A DNA stretch of 64,000 nt, from the NCBI GenBank assembly GCA_951406725.2, contig OX597814.1:35712001-35776000 (forward strand), read 5' to 3'. Below, piece by piece: positions 27,901-41,225 of this stretch; within the stretch, counting starts at the first letter, position 1, and each line of letters opens with the position of its first letter. Source of the DNA: Octopus vulgaris. Taxonomy: Eukaryota. The position numbers were made by a program, and so were the translations under genes. Below the pieces are notes generated by a model. The model searched no databases. It was not told where the DNA came from and worked only from the letters and a program-made list of their open reading frames with translations.

Positions 27901-30351
27901 TTTCAAAAACATCCTGTTTTTGAAAAAGCTAAGTTATAAATTCGCAAAGTATTGAGATCAGCTGCAACATTTTCTCTCAGTACAAAAAGTGAGTATATGA
28001 ATTTGTATAAGGAGCACAATGCTATTTGGTAATAAGGCATGGATGAGACCTACTGTGAGATAAATTTGCATGAGATAAATTGAATATGGTCTGCTAGGAG
28101 TAAAACAGTAGTTTACATATAAGGCTGAGCAGAAACATATGTTGATATGCTAAGAATGACAAGGAAGTCACAAAAAGAATTTTGAAGACAGATCTCAAAT
28201 TGTTGAGTCTTGTATAATAGATAAAAACAAGCTCATGACAAGGAAAACATTTTCTAGTACAGTCCTAAGCAACCCATGCTACATATAAATGCTGTTTCTG
28301 CATCTGATAGCAACAATGTTGACAAATTATATGGATTGGTTAAAATTAGAAGAGACAGTTCATCAAAGTGAAAGTTGATGAATTTTATCACCAAACTAAA
28401 AACAAAAATTCTAGAAGTTATTCCTTATTATGGAAAACAGACAGAGCACAAATGAGATTATGCAGCCTCAGTGTTTTTCTTTTCTTTTTTACATAGACAT
28501 TAGCAACATAAGTTGATACTTTTATAAATTGCCAGTTTTCACTGAGTCGTACTCAAGCCTATTTATATAGTCAAGTAAATAAGAAGAAAATATCAATTGT
28601 AATAGAATTCTAGTGGACTGAATGTCCCTTTCCAGGATGACGCAAATGTGTATTTCTCACGTCTAGATAAAGTTATAGAATGTGGAGTCCTAAATGTAAT
28701 TACCTTGAAACACCTGCAATAATTCAAACACACAACATCTGAAGAAAAAGATTACTAGTTTCTCCTTTTAACTACTTCATCACAGCTTAACAAGAAATTT
28801 TCATGAATTTTTCAAAGACATATTAATAGCAAAATAGAAATCTTTTGATTAAAGATAGCCATTGAAACCTTTCAAAAGACACATCTCATAAAAGGGTCAA
28901 TTTTAAAATTATGTTGCTTTACTAAAAATTGTGCTACACCTGCTTTTCTGAAAATAACTTCTGCTTTATGCCTCATTGACCCTTTTTTCTATTAGGCTGA
29001 TATAGATCTGCAAATGTTATTATTGAATTCAAGACTGTCTTTTATCAAAGTATTTCAGGAAATGCTTAGATATGCCATGTCTAAATATAATTAGCTTCAC
29101 TAAAGTAGTTAGTTGCAGTTATTGCTTACTCGCCAGGTCAATGCTAATTTAGCAAACTTATAGCCAAAGACGTTTCAGTTGTCTCCAGCCAGTCTTTTTG
29201 ATAGTGTTAAGAAATATTTGGCTGTTATTTCTAGCTGGCTGGGCCATCATTTAGATGCTTCCTCAGTAGCCAGTCTGGAATGATGTTAGACTAAATACTT
29301 TAAAGTACTTACTTTTTTACCTTTATATATTGTGGTCAAATTCTATTTTAAACAGCTGGAAGAACTGGACTCTTTAAAATTAAGTATAGCACCTTGGACA
29401 TAGGCAAAAGTACAGTGGTATTTAAGGATTATATACACTTCCAACATTCTAGAGTATTGTATAATACATTTTGTTTAGTATAAAGAAACAGTACATTCTC
29501 TAATATACTCAAAGTTTGTTCTGTTCTTGATATAGAGCAGGAAGAACAATGCTCATAACACTTTTCATGGTCTTTTCACGGTGATGGAAGGAAGGGATGA
29601 CATTATACTCTGACTTAAGACCTGTTCCAGAGGCATGCAACAAAGTGAATTGTATGAAAGATACCTGAGGGTCAAGTGAAAGAAGGTACTGGACTGAATG
29701 GATTAAATCTGCTACCAGAGAACAAGAATGTTTCTCCACACTCTCTACATACAAAATTTCAGTGACAACTCTTTGGTCAAACTAAAGACAGAGTGAATGA
29801 AAACTACCCAAGATGCAGTGAAGTAGGATTGAAAATGAAAGCATGAACTTATAAATACGTTTTTTAGCCACATAGCATTCATAATAAATTCAATACAGTA
29901 TGACAGTGATGTGTGTAGAGTTTGTACATCTACCCAGATTAGTGAAATAACTTAGAGCCAACTTGATGGGGAGGATGTAGTAAAAGTTTTTAACCTTCTT
30001 TGCTTTATATACTGATGTTATCATCATCATCATCATTAGTAGCAGTAGGAGTGGTAGTAATAGCAGCAGTAGCATTTTCCATAGTGTTTATTTAATATTT
30101 CTTTAACTTTGGAAAAGTTGCTTTAAATGAAATTTATGAGTCATCAATTTAAAATTCAATTACAGATTAATTTTTAGCATAGCATACCGCAGGTAAAAAT
30201 ATACAAATGAATAGTTTTAATAAACATCTTTTAAAATATTTAAAATATTTTTAAACTCAAAGAAATAAATTTCTCCAATGCAGATGTTTCTTTTTTAATA
30301 TTCTTCATTTTGTGTGTGTGGGCACACATGTTTATTGTGTGTATGTTTGCA

Positions 30352-30382
<31 letters not shown>

Positions 30383-30592
30383 GACAATTTGAAAATTTTC
30401 TATCCATTCATCAAGAAGCAATAAATAACAAAAATCAATATATGAAGATAGAATATTCTTTATTAACTTTTAGATAAATAGCCTGAAAAATTCCAGTACT
30501 CTGAGTTTCACATCACTACTTTAAGAGACATCTGAGTATGTTGCTCCTGAAATTAGTAGATATTTGAATATATTTTATATATTTTTTTTTTT

Positions 30593-30979
30593 ATACTTGT
30601 TTCAGTCATTTGACTGTGGCCATGCTGGAGCACCGCCTTTAGTCGAGCAAATCGACCCCGGGACTTATTCTTTGTAAGCCCAGTACTTATTCTATCAGTC
30701 TCTTTTGCTGAACCGCTAAGTGAAGGGGATGTAAACACACCAGCATCGGTTGTCAAGCAATGCTATGGGGACAAACACAGACACACAAACACATACATAT
30801 ATATATACATATATACAACAGGCTTCTTTCAGTTTCCGTCTACCAAATCCACTCACAAGGCTTTGGTCGGCCCGAGGCTATAGTAGAAGACACTTGCCCA
30901 AGATGCCACACAGTGGGACTGAACCCGGAACCATGTGGCTGGTAAGCAAGCTACTTACCACACAGCCACTCCTGCACCT
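30593..30979 (-). mobile_element. tRNA-derived SINE, family A
   Basis: High similarity to 10644-11048. Confidence 0.9.
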
Positions 30980-31827
30980 ATTATATATTATATAACTATA
31001 AAATATAACTATTAAATATTATATAAAGACTATTGAGAAATACTTGTTTCAGTAGTTTTAAAAGCTTCAAAAGAGCAATAAGTTTCAGAATCAGGTTTTC
31101 CATCTCCTTGACATGTGGCATTACAAAATTTATCTAAATTTCTTCAGGCTTCTTATTTATCATTGGATGCAGAATCCAACCTCACACAAGAGAGGTCTCT
31201 TAAAAACAATTCTTCTTTTATGAAATTTCATTCCTCTGTTTAAAATATTTTAAAAAACAATTTGCCTGAAGGAGTTTCAAATAGGTTTGTACTCTTGTAA
31301 AGGATGTTTAGCTTCATGTATACATACTAGCAATTCTGTAGTTTGGTTCAAGCCAGGGAAGAAATTTCTTATTTTTGAGCTCAAAGGCCAAACAACACTT
31401 TTGATTTGAAGTTACCATTCTTATAGAGTTGTACTTTATTGAAAATAGAAAAGTTACTTTGAATTCATAAGTACCTGTTTCACGTAAGAACTATGTAAAT
31501 TTTGACAAAACCAAAAATTGTAGCATTTTTTATCAGGGCTGAGAAGTGACTGTTTATGCTTCTAGCATTGATGTTTGAATGAAATTTCAGTTGCCTCAAT
31601 AATGTATGTACGTGTTTATGTTTGCATTTCACTTAATTTCTATTGATTCACCAATAAGTGACAAATTACTGAACTTTGTAAAGTAAATGTGAAGTAACTG
31701 CAATTCTCATAAGTGGCTGTATTCCAAATCCACATACTCACTCTTGCAGCTGGTAATTTCTTTTTAATTGAGCTATCTGTTACTTAAAAATTTTATTACA
31801 TAAAATATGAAAGCTATCAACAGAACT

Positions 31828-32048
31828 CTTATCATCATCATCCTCGTTGTCATCATTGTTATCATCATCGTTGTCATCATCGTTGACATCATCGTTGACA
31901 TCATCATAATCATCACCATCACTGGCGTTGTTACCATCATCATCATCATCGTCATCAACATCATCATCATCATCATCATCATTATCATTGTTGTCATTGT
32001 TGTCATCATCATCATCACCATCGTTGGCGTTGTCACTATCATTATCAA
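31828..32048. repeat. Degenerate (ATC)n trinucleotide repeat
   Basis: Directly visible. Confidence 0.9.
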
Positions 32049-32650
32049 CCCATCAAGTCCATTGATGATTTTGAAAAAAAATTTGGTTTACCAGCTGCAA
32101 GTGTTGGGTATGTGGAATTTGGAGTACAGACACAATATGTTTTTCTTTCCTTCTTTCTTTTTTTTTTTGAGAGAGAGAGAAAGAGTGATATTTGTAAAAA
32201 TGACTGTTTCAAACTAATATTTTTGCAGTTTATTTCTGGTTTTTGAAGGAATACCCCAAACGTTTTTTCTTTCAAATTATCACTATCATCATTGTTATAA
32301 TCATTGTTTAACATCCATTTTGCATGCAGGCACACGTTGGACAGTTTGACAGGAGCTGGCCAGGTGGAGAGCTAATTAGGCTCCAATTGTCTATTTTTGG
32401 CATGATTTCTATTGATAGATGATCTTCCTAATGCTGACCACTTTACAAAATGTGTTGGGTGCTTTTTATGTGCCACCGACACAGGTGAATTTACATTGCA
32501 CCAGCATGAGTGCATTTTACGCTGCATTGGCACCTGCAAGACAAAGACCACTCATCTGAGAGAGGGATTGAGGGCATAGCCATAAAGGACATACAGTTTT
32601 TAAATTGCATATAAGGGCAATCATCTTATATATATTCTTTGACGAAACTG

Positions 32651-32684
<34 letters not shown>

Positions 32685-33090
32685 GTTTAACGTCCGTTTT
32701 CCATGCTAGTATGGGTTGGACGGTTCGACCGGGTTCTGGGAAGCCAGGAGGATGCACCAGGATCCAGTCTGATCTGGTAGTGTTTCTACAGCTGGATGCC
32801 CTTCATAACACCAACCACTCCATGAGTGTAGTGGGTGCTTTTTATGTGTCACCAGCACAGGTGCCAGGGGAGGTTGGCAGTGGCCACGATCAGTTGGTGC
32901 TTTTTATGTTCCACTGGCACAGAAGCCAGTCAAGGCGGCGCTGGCATCAGCCACGTTTCGAGGGTGCTTTTTATGTGCCTCTGGCACAGGTATCACAACT
33001 ACAATTCCATTTGATTTTTATTTTGATGTTGATGTACTTGACTCAATAGGTCTCCTCAAGCACAGCTGGTTGCCCTACGATCCAAGGTAA
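32651..33090 (-). mobile_element. RTE 3' UTR fragment with (GAT)n tail
   Basis: Matches the 21011-21550 UTR. Confidence 0.85.
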
Positions 33091-33962
33091 GCATAGCATA
33101 GTTATTTAAATAATATTTTAAGAACAAATTTTTTGAAAACACTTCAAAACCAGTTTTTTTAAAAAACTTTACAAACTAGGTTGAAAGTTTAGGAGGCTGC
33201 TACTCACTCAAAAGATATTTATGTCCATGCATAGAAGATGCTAATAATTCATTTCTTTTGTTCAAACTGCTACTGTTTTTAAACAAAATTCTTAATTTTT
33301 CACTCAAGTGAAAGCAATTTGATTTGAAACTACCATTCCAGTATTGTTGTGCCTTATAAACATCTGATCAGGTAATTTTGGATTTGTTAAAACTTATCTC
33401 ACTTAAAAAAAACATATAAACTTTAGCAAAGTGACAGCATATTTTTTTATTAGGACTAACAGATCACTGTGCATATAAAATTAATTTTTGAATGTGAATT
33501 CAATTGTCCCAATATATATATTTAAGGTTCACCTCAGTTGTTTTATTTTAATCCAACACTGTCCACTACCAAATTTACTGAACAGTTATTGTCTAGTGGG
33601 CAATTTTTATGAATATAAAGTTGCATGATTGGTGTTGTTTAGTTGTTTGACTATCTTCTTCATTCAACCTTGCAGCATTATAATCTCAAATATAACAAAC
33701 CAAAATTCTTACTAGCTGAATAACTAACATTAGTCCAGTTCCCATTGAATATCTAACTATATTTATACCACAGCAGAAAAATAGTAATTCATTAAATTAA
33801 GAAATTTCCTAGCTATATTATTTATCACTGCTATATTAAATAAGGGGTTGTTCCATAAAATATTCACTTCACTGTTTCTCTTCTTTTATATGCTTTCAAT
33901 ACTTTTGTGTATTCATTCTTAAGAAAAAGCTTACTCTTCTGAGCACTTTACTATAAAACCCA

Positions 33963-34260
33963 ACAATAAGGGTGAAAAAAATTGAATATTAATAAATAAC
34001 ATCAATTTACAACACCAAGTGGCCTATCGTAAAAAAACTGGGATACAGTAAAAATTATTAATACAAGTAAGAAGAGAGAGACCACATGTGGTCACTCTAA
34101 CGCTAGAAATAGATCTGCAAAGGGAATCGACCTCTAAAGAATTGTTCTCAAGCATTAATTCAACACGCCAAGAATGTAAGCGGGCAGGACAAATGAAAAA
34201 TAACTTGGTGTTTTAAATTGATGTTATTAATTAATATTTAATTTTTTTCACCCTTATTGT
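33963..34260. repeat. Inverted repeat, ~58-bp arms, ~180-bp spacer (MITE or foldback)
   Basis: acaataagggtgaaaaaaatt...aacaccaagt / acttggtgtt...aatttttttcacccttattgt. Confidence 0.75.
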
Positions 34261-34699
34261 GATTTTAATTATAAATTAATATGTTCTCAAACTGGCAGTA
34301 AATTACTGGTGTAGTATTTACATCCTGTATTTTCAATGCACCAAAAATGAGGATATTTGAACGTAACTGCAATTATAATCGGCTGTGCCGTTCGCCTTTG
34401 CTCGGCTTCATATGGATTTTGGCATTCGGTTCAGCAAATTCTATTTTTGATATACTCTACTGAGGATTCGAAAATGATTATGTAAGTAAAATTACACAAT
34501 CTGTTAATGATGAAACAATTGTATAGAGTTAATCTATTTTTTCATTACATAGGGTTACAAAGAATAAATCTTGAGGTTTATTTCTTCCACTAAAACCCTT
34601 TAGGGTGACGTTCCAGCATGGCCACAGTGAAGTGACTGAAACAAGTGAAAGGAAAAAAGGAAAAATAGTAAAAGAATACATACATACATTTATATATAT

Positions 34700-34740
<41 letters not shown>

Positions 34741-34749
34741 TATATATAT

Positions 34750-35140
34750 GCATAGGAGTGGCTGTGTGGTAAGTAGCTTGCTTACCAACCACATGGTGCC
34801 AGGTTCAGTTCTGCTGCGTGGCACCTTGGGCAAGTGTCTTCTACTATAGCCTCGGGCTGACCAAAGCCTTGTGAGTGGATTTGGTAGATGGAAACAGGAA
34901 AAAGCCCGTCGTATATGTATATATATATATGTGTGTATATGTTTGTCTGTGTTTGTCCCCACAACATCACTTGACAACCGATACTGGTGTGTTCACGTCC
35001 CCATAACTTAGCAGTTCAGCAAAAGAGACTGATAGGATAAGTACTAGGCTTACAAAGAATAAGCTCTGGGGTCGATTTGCTCGACTAAAAGCGGTGCTCC
35101 AGCATAGCCGCAGTCAAATGACTGAAACAAATAAAAAGAA
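34750..35140 (+). mobile_element. tRNA-derived SINE, family A
   Basis: ggagtggctgtgtggtaagtagcttgc...ggttcagttc head; A-rich tail. Confidence 0.9.
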
Positions 35141-36603
35141 AAAGAAAAAAAAAATATATATATATATACACACACATATATAGATATACTTTTTTTTCTA
35201 CATATATATATATGTACACACACACACATATATATATATATAATGTGTATATATGTGTGTGTATGTGTGTGTTTTAGACTCCTAGTCCCAACATCACCTG
35301 ATAGTTTATGATGCACGTCTCTGTTGTACAAACATTGTTCTTCATTTCCAATTTTTCTTGAAAATATGTCAGGCCATGAGTAAATATCACCTTACTGGTG
35401 AATGTTTCAATGAATTCTGTCTGACTCAAGAAAGCATGCAAGAATGGATGTTAAACTATGATGACGATGATGATGATGATGGTGGTGGTGGTGGTGATGA
35501 TGATGATGATAATGATGATGATTCTTCTGTATATCAGTTTTTGAATAATAGATTAGCTAAAACATACTGCAGCAGAAATTTATTTTTAGAACTTGGTGAA
35601 TATATTTACAATTTTTTAAAAGCACTGTATTTTCTGTAGATTTTTACTACACAGACTGAAAAATGTCTACAGTTGATACATAAAACATATATATATACAT
35701 ATATATATCTATACATGTGTGTGTGTGCATGGGTGCATATGTATAAATACATACATATAAACATATATTTACACACACACACACACATATATATACACCG
35801 ACATATACATCATCATTATCATCATTTAACGTCCGCTTCCCATGCTAAATATATGCTATATATATGTATATATATATACATATATATATATATACATATA
35901 TATACATATATATATACATATATATATATATATATTTATACATATATATACATATATATATATACATATATATATACATATATATATATATATACACACA
36001 CATATATTTACACACACATATATATATATATATAATATACAAATATACATAAATACACACACACAATCACATGCATATATATTTATATATACACACACAA
36101 CACACACAAACACACACACACATACATTATCTTTCTACGATCTTCCTTTTCATTTTTAAAACTTGAAATTTTTTACCTATGCTAAACATAAATGCATACA
36201 CACACACGTGGATCTCCAAAAGGTAGAGCTTAAAAGTAAAAAAAGAAAAATCCTGCTTTTAATATATACCTTACATATTGATGTAGTTATTCTTACTTTT
36301 TAATAATCTTTAAACATCCTGAATAAATCTTGAGGCTGTATTTCATTTTGTTTACATTTAGTAACAAAGCCAAGAGATTACACATTTAAGTACGAATGTA
36401 TGTATATACGTATGTATATGTGAAGCCATGAATGTATTTACATATGTATGCCTCTATCTCTGTCATATATTTTTTGTTTCTTTTGTCTCTCACACTCTCT
36501 TTTACTCTCACTATATATATATATATACACACACGCACATACATTCATACATGCATACATGCATACATACATACATACATACATACATACATACATACAT
36601 ACA

Positions 36604-36637
<34 letters not shown>

Positions 36638-36639
36638 AC

Positions 36640-36990
36640 AAATCCAAGGCTGTGAATAGTTTTCAGAACATGAGAAGGTTTTACAGCTGTTTCTGGGATA
36701 TTTTATACATCCCTTCATCAGAGACGGTGCGAGAAAATGTTTAAGTAATAGTTATTATAGAGAAGATATGAAATACAGAGTGGAGTGGAGGAAGGAAAAC
36801 CGATACGAGATACGTAGGGATATTTTCCCTTGGGGGCTGCCCAGATCGGAACAATCTCAAGATTAATCAGCCGAAATTGCGAAGATGATCCGGTTCTTGA
36901 CTGATGATTGAGGGCTTCGAATGTCCCATCCTGTGTTTCTTGTGTCGTCTTCTAGGTGTTTCACGTTCTTGTCCCAGTTTGTATATATTT
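36640..36990 (-). mobile_element. Non-autonomous PLE-like unit with a hammerhead; partial paralogue at 20838-20990
   Basis: caatctcaagattaatcagc.gaaattgcga...ttcttgactga.ga shared with 20838; HHR at 36678-36725; adjacent to (CATA)n. Confidence 0.6.
36678..36725 (-). ncRNA. Type I hammerhead ribozyme
   Basis: Minus: gtct-CTGATGA-agggat..atccca-GAAA-cagctg-TA-aaac; palindromic ACAGCTGT; one stem I mismatch. Confidence 0.65.
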
Positions 36991-37001
36991 TTTTACTTTT
37001 A

Positions 37002-37188
37002 CATCATCATCATCATTTAGCGTCCGCTTTCCATGCTAGCATGGGTTGGACGGGTCAACTGGGGTCTGTGAAGCTGGAAGGCTTTGTCAGGCCCAGTCAG
37101 ATCTGGCAGTGTTTCTACGGATGGATGCCCTTCCTAACGCCAACCACTCCACGAGTGTAGTGGGTGTTTTTTACATGCCACCTGCACG

Positions 37189-37190
<2 letters not shown>
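37002..37190 (-). mobile_element. RTE 3' end fragment
   Basis: Matches 21011-21200. Confidence 0.85.
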
Positions 37191-37225
<35 letters not shown>

Positions 37226-37327
37226 GCACTCACACACATACACACATACATATATATGCATATGTATAGTTGGAATTTACAAAAAAACAAAAGACAAAGA
37301 TAGGTGTGTAAGCATATGTATGTATAC

Positions 37328-37402
<75 letters not shown>

Positions 37403-37474
37403 CATAAATGTCGTCAAACAATGAAAATGAGTGCTTAACATTGCATTGGTGGATATAATTTCTTTATTTGTCAA

Positions 37475-39761
37475 CTTGCAGAATTGCCCGGCGTTGCTCG
37501 GGGCTGAATTGCTTGAAAGTACTGTTAATGATTGCACTGAATTATGATGATTGTTCAGGCAAATATTGATATAAGTTTACGGCGAATGAATGTATTTGTA
37601 AGTGTATAGAAAGCCGTGTAGAATGGAGTAAGAATTGAATGTGAGGTTGCCTTGAAAAGAGCCATGTTATTGTTCTCATAATTGTAAGAATTTGATAGTC
37701 GTGGAAGGCGGTGTAAAACGTTCGAAGGTGAATAGGGTCTCTTCGTTTTCCACGAACGGCAGCGGATGTGCTATTACAAAACTTCATGCTCTGTTAAAAG
37801 AGAATGGATGCCCTATGTAGGCAAGAGGGGAATGAAGCATGGGTAAGTAAATATGGGTAATTTATAAAATATAGAACAATAGCATCTACTCACCATATGT
37901 CAGACCGGCAAGACTGTAGTGGTGCTGAATAGATGAATCACAACACAGTGGTGGAGATGTTTTCATTGATGGGCGTTTTGATTAAATTTGTTGTTGTATA
38001 AAATGATCTGTTGCTTAGTTTCCAAAGTGTATGTTGCGATCATGTTGTCGCTTGTAAACTTTAACAGTGAGAGTGTAGATGTAGGGGGTAGATGTGTCAT
38101 GTACGTTGGATATAGAAGATGAGGCTGGTGGTTTGATGATGAATGGATAGAAATAGAGTTGAGCGAAGGACAGGTGTTGGTTAAGTGTGAATTAATGTCA
38201 TGAAACGCCTAAAAATGTAAATGCCATCATAAAAGAGAGTCGTATGTAAGTGAAATACTAATGTGTTGGAAAATTATGAAACATAGTAATCCTATAAAAC
38301 CTCCTTGTACACAATGTTTTTTGTTTTTCGTTGTGGAACAAATGTGAAAGCATCACTGTTGCTGCTGACATGCGAGCAGGCAACATAAAGCTGACCATGA
38401 GAGAAACATGGCTCTCCCAAATGTATTCCCGCCACAGACAGTGTTTGACCCTGCGCTTTGTTAATTGACATTGCGAAACATGGCCTTACTGGGAACTGGG
38501 ACCTCCAAAATATGAAAGGTAGGTCTGCTCCTGATGGGAAAAGATGCATCTTCGGTATGAGCACAACGTTGCCTCGACCGCACCCTGTGATAATGGTGGC
38601 CTCAATCAGATTGGGAGATAAGGACTTAACGATCAAACGTGTGCCATTGCATTGTTTTGGGGGAACTAAATTTCTAATGAGCACTATAGGGGAACCAACT
38701 TTAAGTATGAGAATGTGTGGTGGTAGTCCGGGGGGCTCAAAGGAATTGAGTACCTCTATTGGATAGTTGATGACGTCCTCTGGGTCGGGAGTTGTATCAA
38801 TAGAGTTATATACATAGACATCCCCAGGAATGAGTTTTAGCATTTCATCAATAATATGGTGAACAGTTTTATTCCTCGGGGCCAGAATAGCCCTTTGGCC
38901 AATCCAATCCATATTCTGATAATTAGCTTGTAGATCTGGGAACACTGCATCTCTGAGATCAGAAGGCGTTTTAACAATGGTACAAATGGAATCGATGGCA
39001 ATATTACCATTTTCATCCCCTGGTATTTTGCCTTCGCCAAGTGCAAGGAGGGTGTCAGAAAATGCTGCTGATGTGATATCACGTCGTATATGAGCACGCA
39101 TATTGGTGTGAAGTTTGAGAGTCTTCACCAGTGGCCACAATGTGGTTAACTTAAGACACGCATTTACTGCATCAGCTCTAGTCCCTTTGGGAATAATGGG
39201 AAGTGTTTGTCGGAAATCCCCCGAAAGAAGTGTTATGCCTCCCATGGGAGCTGAAGAGTGTTTGATGTCTCTGAGAGATCTATCTAGTGCCTCAAGAGCA
39301 CCTCTGTGGTCCATCGTGCATTCATCCCAAACGATAAGTTTGCATCATCTGAAGACTTCTGCCTGATCGGAGCTGTTACTGATGTTGCAAGTTGGTGTCT
39401 CAGTCTTCGCTAAGTCAAGCGGGAGCTTGAAAGTGGAGTGAGCTGTCCTGCCACCTGGCAACAAAGGAGCCGCAATTCCAGATGATGCCACAGCTAGGGC
39501 AATGCCTTGTGTTCGCCTAATCTCAGCCAATATTAATTTGTTGACAAAAGTTTTCATAGTGCCCCCAGGAGTGTCCAGGAAAAAAATCCCCCCAGCTGAA
39601 TTATAAACGGAGTTGTAAAAAAACTTTATATGCCATGACCCAATCGAATCTACTTGGAAAAATCATAGGTAAATTCCAATTGAAGAAATTCTATATTGTA
39701 GAATTGTATTAAAAAGGAACATGGGAACAGGCAGAGAAAATCTGCCTTTTATCATAAGAGA
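37475..39761 (-). mobile_element. Helitron, internally deleted (Rep absent, helicase retained)
   Basis: Minus strand A|TCTCTTAT 5' end; 3' GC hairpin cccgagcaacgccggg then CAAG|T (CTAG variant); A/T target site, no TSD. Confidence 0.85.
38292..39590 (-). pseudogene. Pif1-family (SF1) helicase domain of Helitron RepHel, frameshifted
   Basis: FLDTPGGTMKTF (damaged Walker A), AVASSGIAA.LLPGGRTAHS, IVWDECTM, GDFRQTLP, CNGTRL, QFPVRPCFAMSINKAQGQTL, FSHGQLYVACS; frameshift near 39345. Confidence 0.92.
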
Positions 39762-39983
39762 TTAAGGCATTGGTTTCATGTTAAGAAAAGTAAGAAAATA
39801 TCCTAGTGTTTTAACAATTTTTCAAGCCAGTCGCATGGAGAGAGATATTCGCCTTCATTTTGGAAAACACAGTCTAATTTTGTTCGCAGGAGTTCTCGTA
39901 AATTGAACCAGTGAATCAAGGGACATTACTTTTGGGTGTATATTTACATACACACACATATGTATATATATATATATATATGT

Positions 39984-40043
<60 letters not shown>

Positions 40044-41225
40044 CTCAAGAAAATCAACACAAATTTATCAACATTTTTGAACAAATTCGACTCGACACAT
40101 CAACCCAATCGAGAGAACAATGAGGAAACAGATACGAAAAATACAACCTCCGAAATTGTCGAAAACCTTGGAAACTTATGCGAAACAATTAGAACATTTT
40201 TCTCTAACAACGCTAACCAAGGACCTCCAAACGCGTCATTATATAGGATCAATACTCTAACAACATACCAAATGAAACAACACATAATCCCACAATGGAA
40301 CAAATCACTCAGAGATAGAAAGTTCGCCTTTTGGAAGATGATCCAAAACAACAACAAAGCGGATATATACGAAAAATGGCTCAACCGGACCCCGTTAATC
40401 CTCCCACGTAAATTCCAGTTCAAAGCTATTACAGAGGAACCTGAAACACAAAGACACCTCAGGGAGAGAATGGCACTGGAAAAAATGAAAATGGAAATAG
40501 AACTTCTGAAATTGAGGGCCCAAACGAATGAGGATAAAATAAAATCCACCGATGAAGATATCAACGAAGAAATTCGCAAAATGACCCAAGGCCCAGATCA
40601 AGAGAAGTTCTCCAAACTATGGAAAGAGGACTGTGAAAAAGAAGAACTAAAATCTCTCCAACGCTGGGAGAAAAACGTCATTTGGTTCTCAGACTATGAA
40701 GCCGTCTTTCAAACAGAGCACGCCTCCAACAACCCTTTCCAGAAAATAAGAAAACCAAAACAACACCCAAACACCGATACACACCTGTCTAAAAATCGGA
40801 ACCTTCACTACTTTCAAAAAAAGAACACAGGACCTAACCCTAACTCTGTAAGCAGCCAGCGTTACAATATCAGGAATACCCCCACTTCAAGCAGAGAAAG
40901 GATAAATCAACACCCACAGCATAGACACTGCAACCTTATCCCCATCCAAAAGAGTTACCAACGAAATCTCCGCCCCATAAACCGGTTAAACAACCATGCA
41001 CAACAAACCCACTCCACTTACAATGATTACCAACGAAGGCCTCCTAGAACACCACACCCGAATATGGGATATCGGGATGCTCTCCTCAATACTGCTCCAA
41101 GAACACACACCATAAATCACAACAGGAGACCCCACATCAACAAAGAACAACTATATAATAGCTACCGTCCCAACCACCGCATTCATTTTTTAGACCCAAT
41201 ACGCAAACACAGAGACACAAGATAG
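40044..41225 (+). CDS. PLE ORF1: coiled-coil region with a basic, disordered C-terminal tail; 5'-truncated
   Basis: Frame open from the (TA)n junction; heptad-like [39 protein letters not shown]; same A/C-rich bias as ORF2. Confidence 0.75.
   Translation, partial: LKKINTNLSTFLNKFDSTHQPNRENNEETDTKNTTSEIVENLGNLCETIRTFFSNNANQGPPNASLYRINTLTTYQMKQHIIPQWNKSLRDRKFAFWKMIQNNNKADIYEKWLNRTPLILPRKFQFKAITEEPETQRHLRERMALEKMKMEIELLKLRAQTNEDKIKSTDEDINEEIRKMTQGPDQEKFSKLWKEDCEKEELKSLQRWEKNVIWFSDYEAVFQTEHASNNPFQKIRKPKQHPNTDTHLSKNRNLHYFQKKNTGPNPNSVSSQRYNIRNTPTSSRERINQHPQHRHCNLIPIQKSYQRNLRPINRLNNHAQQTHSTYNDYQRRPPRTPHPNMGYRDALLNTAPRTHTINHNRRPHINKEQLYNSYRPNHRIHFLDPIRKHRDTR
41186..41192 (+). promoter_or_regulatory. 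Candidate -1 ribosomal frameshift heptamer T TTT TTA
   Basis: In ORF1 register (cat TTT TTA gac), within the 64-nt ORF1/ORF2 overlap; ORF2 is in the -1 frame. Confidence 0.6.

Noticed and set aside
36896-36935. Plus-strand CTGATGA..GAA hammerhead candidate (also 20886)
   Set aside because: No stem II or stem I pairing and no GAAA-palindrome-UH arrangement
38292-39557. Host PIF1 gene
   Set aside because: Intronless, frameshifted and enclosed by Helitron termini
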